From NCBI GenBank assembly GCA_016845225.1, contig JAERTB010000010.1, forward strand, positions 12,294 to 76,293: a stretch of DNA of 64,000 nucleotides, in the 5' to 3' direction. The notes below the pieces were generated by a model, which was not told where the DNA came from, made no database searches, and worked only from the letters and a program-made list of their open reading frames with translations. The DNA is from Candidatus Woesearchaeota archaeon (GTDB lineage: Archaea; Nanobdellota; Nanobdellia; SCGC-AAA011-G17; UBA489). Position 1 is the stretch's first letter. Each line of letters opens with the position of its first letter. The translations under genes and the position numbers were made by a program. Below, in pieces: positions 53,485 through 62,206 of this stretch.

Positions 53485-56400
53485 TTGATTAATATGTCTT
53501 CTGTAAGAAAGGGTGTTGGTAAGAGCCATGAGAAGGGGCTAACTAATTTATTTATCGGACTTACTTTTTTATTGTTATTTTTCGGAGCATCTAGCGATTT
53601 TTCAGTTTTTAAGGGTATTAGCCCTACATCGGAGGGTTTGAGTGATTTTACAGGCATGGCTACTTCTCAAGATAGAGGACATAATGATAGCTATCCTGCA
53701 TATGTTACTTTTGGTAAACCTCTGGGCCAAAGTTTTAGAGAAATTGGTTCTGGTGAATTGGCCGGATTACTTGGCGGAAGCGTTAGTACTTCTTTAGGAA
53801 CTTCAGTTTATAATCAATATATTAAATTTTCAAGTATTTTTACTAGTGGTGAAACATTAAATGTTCAGCCAAGTGTTCTATATGGTTCGACTACGGGATT
53901 ACAAAGTAATTTTTTAGGAGATTATTTCTTTTTAGAAACCAAAACAGGTATTGGTGTTACTGCTGAAAATGCGTTTATGGAGTATGGTGTGGAGTTTGCA
54001 ACTGGATTGAGTAGTAATTTAAGTTCTGGAGTTTTAGAAGATTTAAAGGGAAGTTCATTTTTCATTATTTCTGATGATTATGATGTAATTGATGCAACTG
54101 TAGATAATAATGCAATTACTCTATCTCTTTTAGATTATATTGTTCAAGATAATCTAATTCAGGGACAAGAAAAAAATTATTTGATTGAAAAAGATGGAGT
54201 TACTACTGACTATAATGTTGAAGTTGGGAGTATTCCTAATTTAGTTCCTGAACAAGTTTATATGAATATTACTGGTTATAATTTTGTAGAAGAAAGTGGG
54301 ACATATAATGTTGGAGATACAATTACATTAATTGATGGTACTCCTGTGTTTGTTACAGGTATTTCTTTGAGCGAAGTAGGATATTCTGGATATGTGGATG
54401 GTCCAATGGAGAGTGCATTGTTTAATTCTCCACAAGGTATGGCTTCAGGAGAGACAGGTATTTATTTTGTTGCGGATACAGGGAATAATGTAATTAGAAT
54501 GATTAATATGAGTTCTGGAAATGTAACAACAGTTGCAGGAAGTGGGGCTCCAGGTTCAAATGATGGAGTAGGTGCAAATGCACAATTTAATGATCCTAGA
54601 GGAATTGCAATAGATTCAACTGGAAAAATACTTTATGTTGCAGATACAGGAAATCATAGACTTAGAAAAATAGTATTAACTAACAATGCAAGTTCTTCAA
54701 GTTATTATGGAACTGTTACAACTATGGCTGGTTCGGATTGGGGAACAACTACATCAACAACTAGTTCTGGTATGCATGGAACTGATGCAATGTTTAAGTA
54801 TCCTGAAGGAATTGCTGTTGGTGATTTAGGAACTATTTATGTTGCAGATACTCAAAATCATAGAATATTAAAAATATTTGATAATGGTGAAACAAATTCA
54901 AATGAGGCAGATAATTGGAATGTAACAATTGTTGCAGGGATGGGTGTTTCTGGTTTTGATAATGGGACTGGAGATATGTCTAAGTTCAATGGTCCGAGAG
55001 ATTTGTTTGTTGGAGAAGGTAGTGCGATTTATGTTACTGATACAGGAAATAATGCAATAAGAACAATATTCAAAAATGGACATTATACAGCTTGGAATGA
55101 GACTGAAGCATTTAATTGGAATACAACAACTTTAGCGGGCGGTGCAGGAACTGGTGCTGCAGGTTATGCGGACGGTGCAGGAAAAGATGCTTTATTCAAT
55201 ACGCCTTTAGGAATTTGGTCAGGATCTAATCAACCACTTGGATACCTTTATGTTGCAGATAGTTTGAACAATGTAATTAGATATGTTGATAACAATACAG
55301 GAGTTGTTTCTACTTATGCAGGTACTGGTGCTGCAGGTTATGTGGATGGGTTAAAAGAAGTTGCTAGAATGAATTTGCCTTCAGAAGTTACTCTTGTAGA
55401 TAATAAGTTATTTTTTGTTGATAAAAACAACCATAAAATAAGATATTCTACTGCTTCAAATGTTATAACTTTAACAGGAAATGGGACAGTTGTTGGAAAT
55501 AATGTTGATATCTATCTTGGTGGAGATTTAATTGTTTTAACTGATACTGATTATACAGATGATGAAACAACTACAAATACTTTGGGATATAGTGGGAATT
55601 CATTTACCTTGAATAATGAATTAATTGATAATGCATTTGTTCAAATTCAAGCTAATGATACTGATGTAGAAGACTTTACTATTGATTCAATTAAATACAG
55701 ATTAGTTGCTTCAGCAAGCTCTGGAAGTAATTTTGAAATGAATGAATCTATTAGTTTGAGTAGTTTGTTGACTGAATCTTTAGGTTTGATTGGAACTTTT
55801 GATATTTTCTATTTGGGCGATGTAACTCCTCCTGTAGAAAAAGAAATTAAATTAAATTACGCAAATGTTAGTGCAAATGATACTTATAATTTAATCTTTG
55901 AAAATATGGATGGCAGAGTTATTTCTTTCCCTTATATGTGGAATAATAATGGTGCGCGAGGATACGGAGATGCTGATGGAGATTTAGTTTTTGTTGAAGG
56001 GACTGTTGATGAAAATGTAAGTACTGCTATTGCTAGTAAACATGATTTTACCGTTGGACTTGGAGATTATTTTGTGTTAAGTAATTCAGATACTCCTGAC
56101 GGAATTGATAATAATGCTGTAAGTGAAGTTATTCAATATGTTTCCTATGATACTACTAGTAAAACGTTGAATTTTGTTAATTTGTTTGATGGAACTGCCT
56201 TGAGTGTAAATTATTTAGATGTTGTAGGATTAAATGGAACAGTTGGAAGTGCTACGCTTTCTGTGAATAATAGAAATTATGGAATATATTTGGCAAATAC
56301 TACCGCTGCTAATGCAATGCCTTTGGCGATTGATATGAACGGAGATGGAATTTTTGAAGCATCTCAAATTTATGTTACTGATAAATCTGGTGCAGTAATT

Positions 56401-58212
56401 GATTTAGGAATTCCTTCTAAAGGTGGAATTTGGAATGCTGTAGATTCTTTAGCTGGAACTTGGAGTGAAACTGGAGAAGTTGTTAATGCTGGATCTGTTT
56501 TGAGGTTAATTTCAAATTATGAAGAGTTTGGATTTGATTCTAATGTTCAATCTCTTCCAGAAAGTTGTAATGCGCCAGAAGGTACGAGTTGTGATGGTGT
56601 TGTACTAACAGAGAATGCTGCGTACATTACTTTAACAAATAATGGAAATTATTTAGCAAATGCAAGAATGCAACTTGATGGTTGTACTTCTGATCATGAT
56701 ATTCAAGGATTTGTTCCCGGAACTCAGAGGACTTTTGATTTTAAAGATTGTAATGGTCAAAATGATGTAGGTATTAAAGTTCAAAAGAATTTTGCATTGT
56801 TACATGATACTGGAACTACTCCAAATATTATAACTGAATCTGAGCCAGGAAATTTAACTTGGAAAGTTAGTGGAAATTATGCTCCTTGTATTTACGAAGT
56901 TACAGAGGTTTCTGTGGCCATTAGTGGAACTAAATTGGAGATTTCTGGACTTGATGCAGGAACAGGTATTGGAACATGTTGGTCAAATTATGCTAATCAA
57001 GAAGGCAGTAATTATTATGGTATGAATAGCCATGGAGCCTTCTTTAATCAAACTGATGATGGAAGTAATTCCGAGTTAGTTATTAATTATCCAGATACTC
57101 CTAGGCAAGCAATTGTTCAATTTGTTACAGATTATGCTACAGGCACTGGAAGCTGTACTCCTAGTTGTCCAGATCCTTCTACAGTTGCTTGTGGAAATTC
57201 AATTTATCCTACAAATGGATGTGGAACATGTCCTGGCACAGGAACACAATGTAGTTCTGGAGAGACTTGTAATCCTACTACTTTAACTTGTGAAGCTTGT
57301 ACCCCTTTAACACAATCTCAAGCATGTAGTGGATATGACTGCGGAAGTGTTAGTGATGGCTGTGGTGGCTCAATTACTTGTGGTGCTTGTGGAAGTGGCC
57401 AAACTTGTAATGGAAATGTTTGTGAGGATGATCCTGTTACCTGTACAGATAATGCTAATTGTACTTCGGGGTATATTTGTTCTGCAGGAATTTGTATTGA
57501 TGACGGTAGTTCAGGTTTAAATTATGAAATTTTTGAATGGGATATTGATGATTCTTTAACTGAGTTTGAAATGGTTGAAGAAGATTGGATTATTGTTACA
57601 GGTTTAGATGAGGATTATGCATTTGAATTAAATAGAGTTTATACAAGTGGGAAAATTAGATTTGGTCAAAATGATACAGGTATAAATTATTATATTAATG
57701 AAGCAGGAGATACAATAAATTTTGATCCTGATGATGATGGAGATTATGATTTCCATATTAAATCTGTTGAAGTTGATACTTTGAATGATGAAGCAACAGT
57801 AGAAATTGAAGCAGGAGAATATGTAAGTTCAACAACTACCCCTGATACCTCTAGTAGTTATTGTGGTGATGGAACTTGTGATGTTGGAGAAACCACATTT
57901 ACTTGTCCTTTAGATTGTTTAACAACTCCTACAACTACAACTAATACAGTTACTACGACCCCTACAGTTTATCCGGGTACTACAACTCCTACATCATCTA
58001 CAGGAGGATATCAAGGAGGGTCAGCAGTAACTCAAGAAAGTGATAATTTATTATTGTGGATTGCTTTAGGAATATTACTTATGATAATTGTTATACTTGC
58101 ATTTATTATGTTCTTAAGACCAAGAGGCTCACCTACAAAAGGATATTCAGTTCAATCACAACAAACCCAACCTGTTGCAACTAAACCTCAAGAAAGTGAA
58201 TATAAGTGGTAA
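53485..58212 (+). CDS. Giant (1575 aa) cell-surface protein: N-terminal signal/class III-like anchor, NHL-repeat beta-propeller region, Cys-rich module, Thr/Pro linker, C-terminal TM anchor
   Basis: >=6 NHL-type repeats (YVADTGNNVIRMI, YVADTGNHRLRKI, YVADTQNHRILKI, YVTDTGNNAIRTI, YVADSLNNVIRYV, FFVDKNNHKIRY). Cys module CTPSCPDPSTVACGNS...CGTCPGTGTQCSSGETC...CGACGSGQTCNGNVCEDD...CTSGYICSAGIC. TTPTTTTNTVTTTPTVYPGTTTPTSS linker. C-terminal LLLWIALGILLMIIVILAFIMFL. Probable ATG ~53494 (TTG in track). BRE/TATA aaGGTTTAAATA at ~53435. Confidence 0.8.
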   Translation: MINMSSVRKGVGKSHEKGLTNLFIGLTFLLLFFGASSDFSVFKGISPTSEGLSDFTGMATSQDRGHNDSYPAYVTFGKPLGQSFREIGSGELAGLLGGSVSTSLGTSVYNQYIKFSSIFTSGETLNVQPSVLYGSTTGLQSNFLGDYFFLETKTGIGVTAENAFMEYGVEFATGLSSNLSSGVLEDLKGSSFFIISDDYDVIDATVDNNAITLSLLDYIVQDNLIQGQEKNYLIEKDGVTTDYNVEVGSIPNLVPEQVYMNITGYNFVEESGTYNVGDTITLIDGTPVFVTGISLSEVGYSGYVDGPMESALFNSPQGMASGETGIYFVADTGNNVIRMINMSSGNVTTVAGSGAPGSNDGVGANAQFNDPRGIAIDSTGKILYVADTGNHRLRKIVLTNNASSSSYYGTVTTMAGSDWGTTTSTTSSGMHGTDAMFKYPEGIAVGDLGTIYVADTQNHRILKIFDNGETNSNEADNWNVTIVAGMGVSGFDNGTGDMSKFNGPRDLFVGEGSAIYVTDTGNNAIRTIFKNGHYTAWNETEAFNWNTTTLAGGAGTGAAGYADGAGKDALFNTPLGIWSGSNQPLGYLYVADSLNNVIRYVDNNTGVVSTYAGTGAAGYVDGLKEVARMNLPSEVTLVDNKLFFVDKNNHKIRYSTASNVITLTGNGTVVGNNVDIYLGGDLIVLTDTDYTDDETTTNTLGYSGNSFTLNNELIDNAFVQIQANDTDVEDFTIDSIKYRLVASASSGSNFEMNESISLSSLLTESLGLIGTFDIFYLGDVTPPVEKEIKLNYANVSANDTYNLIFENMDGRVISFPYMWNNNGARGYGDADGDLVFVEGTVDENVSTAIASKHDFTVGLGDYFVLSNSDTPDGIDNNAVSEVIQYVSYDTTSKTLNFVNLFDGTALSVNYLDVVGLNGTVGSATLSVNNRNYGIYLANTTAANAMPLAIDMNGDGIFEASQIYVTDKSGAVIDLGIPSKGGIWNAVDSLAGTWSETGEVVNAGSVLRLISNYEEFGFDSNVQSLPESCNAPEGTSCDGVVLTENAAYITLTNNGNYLANARMQLDGCTSDHDIQGFVPGTQRTFDFKDCNGQNDVGIKVQKNFALLHDTGTTPNIITESEPGNLTWKVSGNYAPCIYEVTEVSVAISGTKLEISGLDAGTGIGTCWSNYANQEGSNYYGMNSHGAFFNQTDDGSNSELVINYPDTPRQAIVQFVTDYATGTGSCTPSCPDPSTVACGNSIYPTNGCGTCPGTGTQCSSGETCNPTTLTCEACTPLTQSQACSGYDCGSVSDGCGGSITCGACGSGQTCNGNVCEDDPVTCTDNANCTSGYICSAGICIDDGSSGLNYEIFEWDIDDSLTEFEMVEEDWIIVTGLDEDYAFELNRVYTSGKIRFGQNDTGINYYINEAGDTINFDPDDDGDYDFHIKSVEVDTLNDEATVEIEAGEYVSSTTTPDTSSSYCGDGTCDVGETTFTCPLDCLTTPTTTTNTVTTTPTVYPGTTTPTSSTGGYQGGSAVTQESDNLLLWIALGILLMIIVILAFIMFLRPRGSPTKGYSVQSQQTQPVATKPQESEYKW

Positions 58213-58227
58213 TTTAAGAAATTAGAA

Positions 58228-58701
58228 TTATTTTTTCTTTTCGTTTTTTGGTTTTTCGTCTTTAACTACCATTTTTTCTTCTCTAACTTTTTCAGCCTTT
58301 TCTTTTGGTAGTTCTTTTTTTACTGTTTTTTCCTTAACAGGTTCTTTCACTTTTTTAGTTTCAATTATTTTTTCAGCTTCTTTCTTAGGTTTTTCTTCCT
58401 TAGCTTTTTTTGTTTTTGGTTCTTCTTTTTTAGTAGTTTCAATAGGGAATCCAATTAATTCTGCCCTGTATTTGTCTTCATCTTTCAGAACTTTAACATG
58501 AACTTTTGTAATAACATTTTTTCTTCCTCTTGATTGAAGTTTGTGATTTAATTCACTACCTAGAAGAACATTTTCTGATTTAGTATGTTTTTGTAAGAAT
58601 TGTCTAACAGCAATGACTGCTTTTTTAGCACGATCATATTTTGCTACTTTCATTATTTCCTTTCTTAGAGGAATTATATATTCTGCTTCGTTTCCTTTCA
58701 T
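58228..58701 (-). CDS. rpl31e: Ribosomal protein L31e with Lys/Glu-rich C-terminal extension
   Basis: YIIPLRKEIMKVAKYDRAKKAVIAVRQFLQKH...VKVLKDEDKYRAELIG; KEKPKKE-type tail. Confidence 0.85.
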   Translation of the reverse strand: MKGNEAEYIIPLRKEIMKVAKYDRAKKAVIAVRQFLQKHTKSENVLLGSELNHKLQSRGRKNVITKVHVKVLKDEDKYRAELIGFPIETTKKEEPKTKKAKEEKPKKEAEKIIETKKVKEPVKEKTVKKELPKEKAEKVREEKMVVKDEKPKNEKKK

Positions 58702-58702
58702 C

Positions 58703-58900
58703 TTATGCTTTAATTCTCTTTCCTCTCTTCCAAGAACGTTTAATAACAGTATGGCGACCCATGTGAACTCTTCTACCTACTCCATAGATTTTAGTAACTG
58801 TCCAAAAAGGAGCCCATCTAGTTTGGAGCAATCTTTTTGCCAATCTTTGTTTCTTTGCAGGAGATTTTACTTTTGCCATTTTACTTTTTAATTTTATCAA
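58703..58900 (-). CDS. rpl39e: Ribosomal protein L39e
   Basis: MAKVKSPAKKQRLAKRLLQTRWAPFWTVTKIYGVGRRVHMGRHTVIKRSWKRGKRIKA. Likely real start is the internal Met (~58879), directly after the S19e stop. Confidence 0.85.
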   Translation of the reverse strand: MIKLKSKMAKVKSPAKKQRLAKRLLQTRWAPFWTVTKIYGVGRRVHMGRHTVIKRSWKRGKRIKA

Positions 58901-59288
58901 CTAGGCTTTTACCTTTCGGAGAAATTTTACGTCCTTTATGTACGTTTTTTTCTTCTTTTAGTACGTATCCAGCTTTTTCTAGTTGTTGTAATATTGTTCT
59001 AATAATTTTTCCAGAAGCTTCAGTTGTTCTTTCTGGTTTATGTCCTCTATTTTTTTTATGAGTATAAACTTTTTTTAATTTAGAGGTTCCAATCGGACCG
59101 TTCAAATATACTTTTCTTAAAATTGATGCAGCTCTCATTCTGTACCAGTCCTTTGATTCTGGTCTTTTAGTTTTACCATGGCCTGTCTTTACAAAATTAG
59201 CCCATTCTGGGACAGTAATTGCGTCTTTAAGAGCTTCTGATAGCTTCTTGATAGTTTCATTTGTTTTTAGGTCTTGTATTGCTGCCAT
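58881..59288 (-). CDS. rps19e: Ribosomal protein S19e
   Basis: PEWANFVKTGHGKTKRPESKDWYRMRAASILRKVYL... typical eS19. Confidence 0.9.
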   Translation of the reverse strand: MAAIQDLKTNETIKKLSEALKDAITVPEWANFVKTGHGKTKRPESKDWYRMRAASILRKVYLNGPIGTSKLKKVYTHKKNRGHKPERTTEASGKIIRTILQQLEKAGYVLKEEKNVHKGRKISPKGKSLVDKIKK

Positions 59289-59327
59289 AGAATTATTTTG
59301 CTCAGAATCAGTTTATAAAGTTTTGTG

Positions 59328-60662
59328 TTAGTTTGGCCTTAAAAGGTAAGAATCTTCCTTATCTTCAATCTGGAAGCCTTTTGCATGAATTTGGTATCTC
59401 AATTTATCTGATTTTTCCCAATTTTTGTCTTTTTTTGCTATGAGCCTTTCTTCTGCTAATTTAATTATATTTTCTGGTATTTCTTGATCAAAATTAAGTA
59501 TTTTGAAAATATTGTTGATTTCTTTGAAGAATTTTAGGGTGTCTTTTCCACCTTTTTTATTTTTATTACAATATGTAATGTACTCAAAGATTTTTGCAAA
59601 TGCTTCTGGCGTGTTGAAGTCATCGTCCAATGCATCATAAAATGCCTTTTTTGTTTTTTCTAGTTCTTTATCATCTTGATTGTTTAAATTTAATATGAAA
59701 TTGTTAATTCTAGCTAATCCATTTTTGGAATTTTCTAAATTTTCTTCTGAATACTCTATTCTATTCCTATAATGTGCGGATGCGTAAAAGAATCTAATTG
59801 TTTCTTTTGATTGTTGTTTTAATAAATCTCTTAGTGTTATTATGTTTCCAATTGATTTAGACATTTTTTCTTTTTTCATGTCTAAGAATCCTGCATGCAT
59901 CCAATATTTCACAAATGGTTTTTTATTTGAAATTGCTTCCATTTGTGCAATCTCTGCTTCGTGATGTGGAAAAATTAAATCTATCGCCCCTCCATGAATA
60001 TCATACTGTTGACCAAATTCTTCTTCAGTAATTGCAGTATCTTCTATGTGCCATCCTGGTCTTCCTTTGCCAAATGGTGCGTCCCAAGAAATTTCTTTTT
60101 CTTTTGCAAATTTCCATAAACAAAAATCTCCTTTATTTTTCTTTTCAGAACTTGAATCAACTCTAGTGGTTGCATCTTCTGCTTGGAGTGCAGTTCTTCC
60201 AGATAGTTTACCATATTCTGGATCTATTGAAATGTTAAAATAAATTCCATCTTCTGTTTTGTATGCGAATTCTTTTTCCAATAATCTTTCTACTTGAGAA
60301 ATTATATTGTCCATTTTATCAGTAGCTTTAATATATTTTGAAACTGCAGTGTTTCCTAAGTCTTTCATGTCTTTCAGAAATTCTTTGCAATATTTTTCTG
60401 AGAATTCTAATGGGGCTTGTTTTGCCTCTTTAGCAGCATTGATTATTTTATCATCTATATCTGTTAAATTTTGGATATAATTAACTTTGAATTTTTTATG
60501 TCTTAGATAATTAACAATTAAATCAAAGCTTGTAAAAGTTCTTGCATTTCCTATGTGAATAAAATTATATGTTGTTGGACCACAAACGAAGATGTTTATT
60601 TTTCCTTTTTCTATAGGGTCAAGGGTTTCTTTCTTTTTGGTTAAAGTGTTGTAAATCTTCAT
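59328..60662 (-). CDS. cysS: Cysteinyl-tRNA synthetase
   Basis: HIGNARTF (HIGH), Cys-binding region, KMSKSIGN (KMSKS), size 444 aa. Confidence 0.95.
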   Translation of the reverse strand: MKIYNTLTKKKETLDPIEKGKINIFVCGPTTYNFIHIGNARTFTSFDLIVNYLRHKKFKVNYIQNLTDIDDKIINAAKEAKQAPLEFSEKYCKEFLKDMKDLGNTAVSKYIKATDKMDNIISQVERLLEKEFAYKTEDGIYFNISIDPEYGKLSGRTALQAEDATTRVDSSSEKKNKGDFCLWKFAKEKEISWDAPFGKGRPGWHIEDTAITEEEFGQQYDIHGGAIDLIFPHHEAEIAQMEAISNKKPFVKYWMHAGFLDMKKEKMSKSIGNIITLRDLLKQQSKETIRFFYASAHYRNRIEYSEENLENSKNGLARINNFILNLNNQDDKELEKTKKAFYDALDDDFNTPEAFAKIFEYITYCNKNKKGGKDTLKFFKEINNIFKILNFDQEIPENIIKLAEERLIAKKDKNWEKSDKLRYQIHAKGFQIEDKEDSYLLRPN

Positions 60663-60710
60663 TTTAGTAAAAATATTTAGAAATTAAAGTATATTAATCT
60701 TTTGAGAACT

Positions 60711-61250
60711 CTAAACTATAGTTACTATGAACTGATGTTTTGGATCCACAGGGCTACAGTTTGGAGAACAGCTTAAAATTGCTTCAAATTTGTATACTCC
60801 TAATGGAAGATTTTGAGTATTAATTAATACTGTATCACTGTAACTTTCTCCTGAAGTCATTTCTATTGGAGATTTTACCCAATCTACATTTGCAAGTACG
60901 TCTGCTGAGTTAATTGATGCAGGATTTGATAAAATATTCAATGTGTATTGTAGGGAATATGTTGCTCCTGGATAAACATTATTTCTTAAATACACTTCTA
61001 AATTATCTATTGTTTTTCCTTGTTCAACTGTGTATTTTTTTGAGACCGTTGAGATTGACTTATCTGAATTTCCAAATATCTCCATAATTTGTCCTTCAGT
61101 AACTCTCTGTAAATCATCTGTTTGTTCGCTTATTCCTGACATGGTATCTGTAACCCACTTTAGTCCTAATGTTAAAATTGTAATTCCAATAACAACAACT
61201 ACAATAGTAGTTATAGAAAGTTCTACTGCCCCTTTTTTCCCTCTTTGCAT
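60711..61250 (-). CDS. Type IV pilin-like protein (class III signal)
   Basis: MQRGKKG|AVELSITTIVVVVIGITILTLGL; beta-rich mature domain with a Cys pair. Confidence 0.65.
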   Translation of the reverse strand: MQRGKKGAVELSITTIVVVVIGITILTLGLKWVTDTMSGISEQTDDLQRVTEGQIMEIFGNSDKSISTVSKKYTVEQGKTIDNLEVYLRNNVYPGATYSLQYTLNILSNPASINSADVLANVDWVKSPIEMTSGESYSDTVLINTQNLPLGVYKFEAILSCSPNCSPVDPKHQFIVTIV

Positions 61251-61349
61251 GTCAAGGTTTAGTTAATAAAGATTAATAAAGGTTTCTCTAATCTTTTCTT
61301 TTGAGGCATTTACTCTATTTACTCTCTGCCCGGCAAATTCTCTTAAAAG

Positions 61350-62003
61350 TTGAAGGTGTTAGTTGATTATATGTCATATCTCTCTGAATTAATAGGAATA
61401 ATCCTTGGAGATGGAAATATTTATTATAACTCTAAATCTAGAAGTTATTATGTAGAAATTACTGGAAATCCTCTTAATGAAAATAATTATTATTTTCACA
61501 TCTCTTGGCTATTTTTGAATATTGTTGGAAAACCTGGAAGAATTTATCTAGGAGGTAGAGGGCTAAGAATAAGAATTTATGACAAGAAATTTGTTGAATT
61601 TTTAATTAATGAGATTGGCATGGATTATGGTAAATCCAAATGCTATTCTGCAAAGATTCCTCTAAGAATAATTAAAGCTTCAAAACAAGAAATTCTTTGT
61701 TGTTTGAGGGGAATTTTTGATACAGATGGATCTTTTTTTGTTTCAAAAAAAGGAGGAAAATTATATCCTTCTATTGAAATTGTTTCTTGTAGTGAAAAAT
61801 TAGCTAAACAAATTAAAAATTTACTCGTTGAAGATTTTCGTGTTAATTTTAGGATTAAAATGTCCAAAAAAAGCAATGCCAGATTAGCTTATGTAATCTC
61901 ATTATATGGGCAAGAGGAAACTAATAAATGGTTTAAATTGGTAGGCAGTTCTAATTCTGCAAAGTATGAAAAATATGAGAATTTTATCAAAAGATTTAAA
62001 TAG
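61350..62003 (+). CDS. Free-standing single-chain LAGLIDADG-family endonuclease (two LAGLIDADG motifs)
   Basis: Motif 1 LSELIGIILGDGNIY, motif 2 LRGIFDTDGSFFV; both acidic catalytic residues present. TTG start in track; ATG at ~61371. Confidence 0.8.
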   Translation: MKVLVDYMSYLSELIGIILGDGNIYYNSKSRSYYVEITGNPLNENNYYFHISWLFLNIVGKPGRIYLGGRGLRIRIYDKKFVEFLINEIGMDYGKSKCYSAKIPLRIIKASKQEILCCLRGIFDTDGSFFVSKKGGKLYPSIEIVSCSEKLAKQIKNLLVEDFRVNFRIKMSKKSNARLAYVISLYGQEETNKWFKLVGSSNSAKYEKYENFIKRFK

Positions 62004-62028
62004 ATTCTTTTGAAAACTTGTGTTTGAT

Positions 62029-62158
62029 GGGGCGGTAGCTCAGTCTGGGAGAGCACTAGAAGAGTTGTAGAAAATGTAACTCTGGTGAAACTGAAGTCAA
62101 GGGACTTCGTCTCTCAGCAGAAATCTAGGTGTCGAGTGTTCAAATCACTCTCGCCCCA
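62029..62158 (+). tRNA. tRNA-like gene with a ~56-nt insertion (putative intron) in the anticodon region; isotype not determinable
   Basis: 5' part GGGGCGG-TA-GCTC-AGTCTGGGA-GAGC-A-CTAGA. 3' part TCTAG-GTGTC-GAGTG-TTCAAAT-CACTC-TCGCCCC-A. Together they make a canonical acceptor, D-arm, anticodon-stem and T-arm. 63 nt lie between the stem halves: 7 loop nt plus ~56 extra. Confidence 0.55.
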
Positions 62159-62206
62159 CATTTTATTTTAGAAAGTTATTTAAGATTAGAATTTGGGAGT
62201 TCTAGT

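Noticed and set aside
54898-57520. Short ORFs 54898..55083 (-) and 57329..57520 (+)
   Set aside because: Inside/antisense or alternate frame of the giant surface-protein gene; no independent signals.
58613-59061. ORFs 58613..58891 (+) and 58837..59061 (+)
   Set aside because: Antisense to ribosomal protein genes L31e/L39e/S19e, which are strongly supported.
62040-62130. Possible box C/D sRNA inside the tRNA insertion (as in archaeal tRNA-Trp introns)
   Set aside because: No convincing RUGAUGA box C or properly spaced CUGA box D. Only a TGAaaCTGA fragment, so not called.
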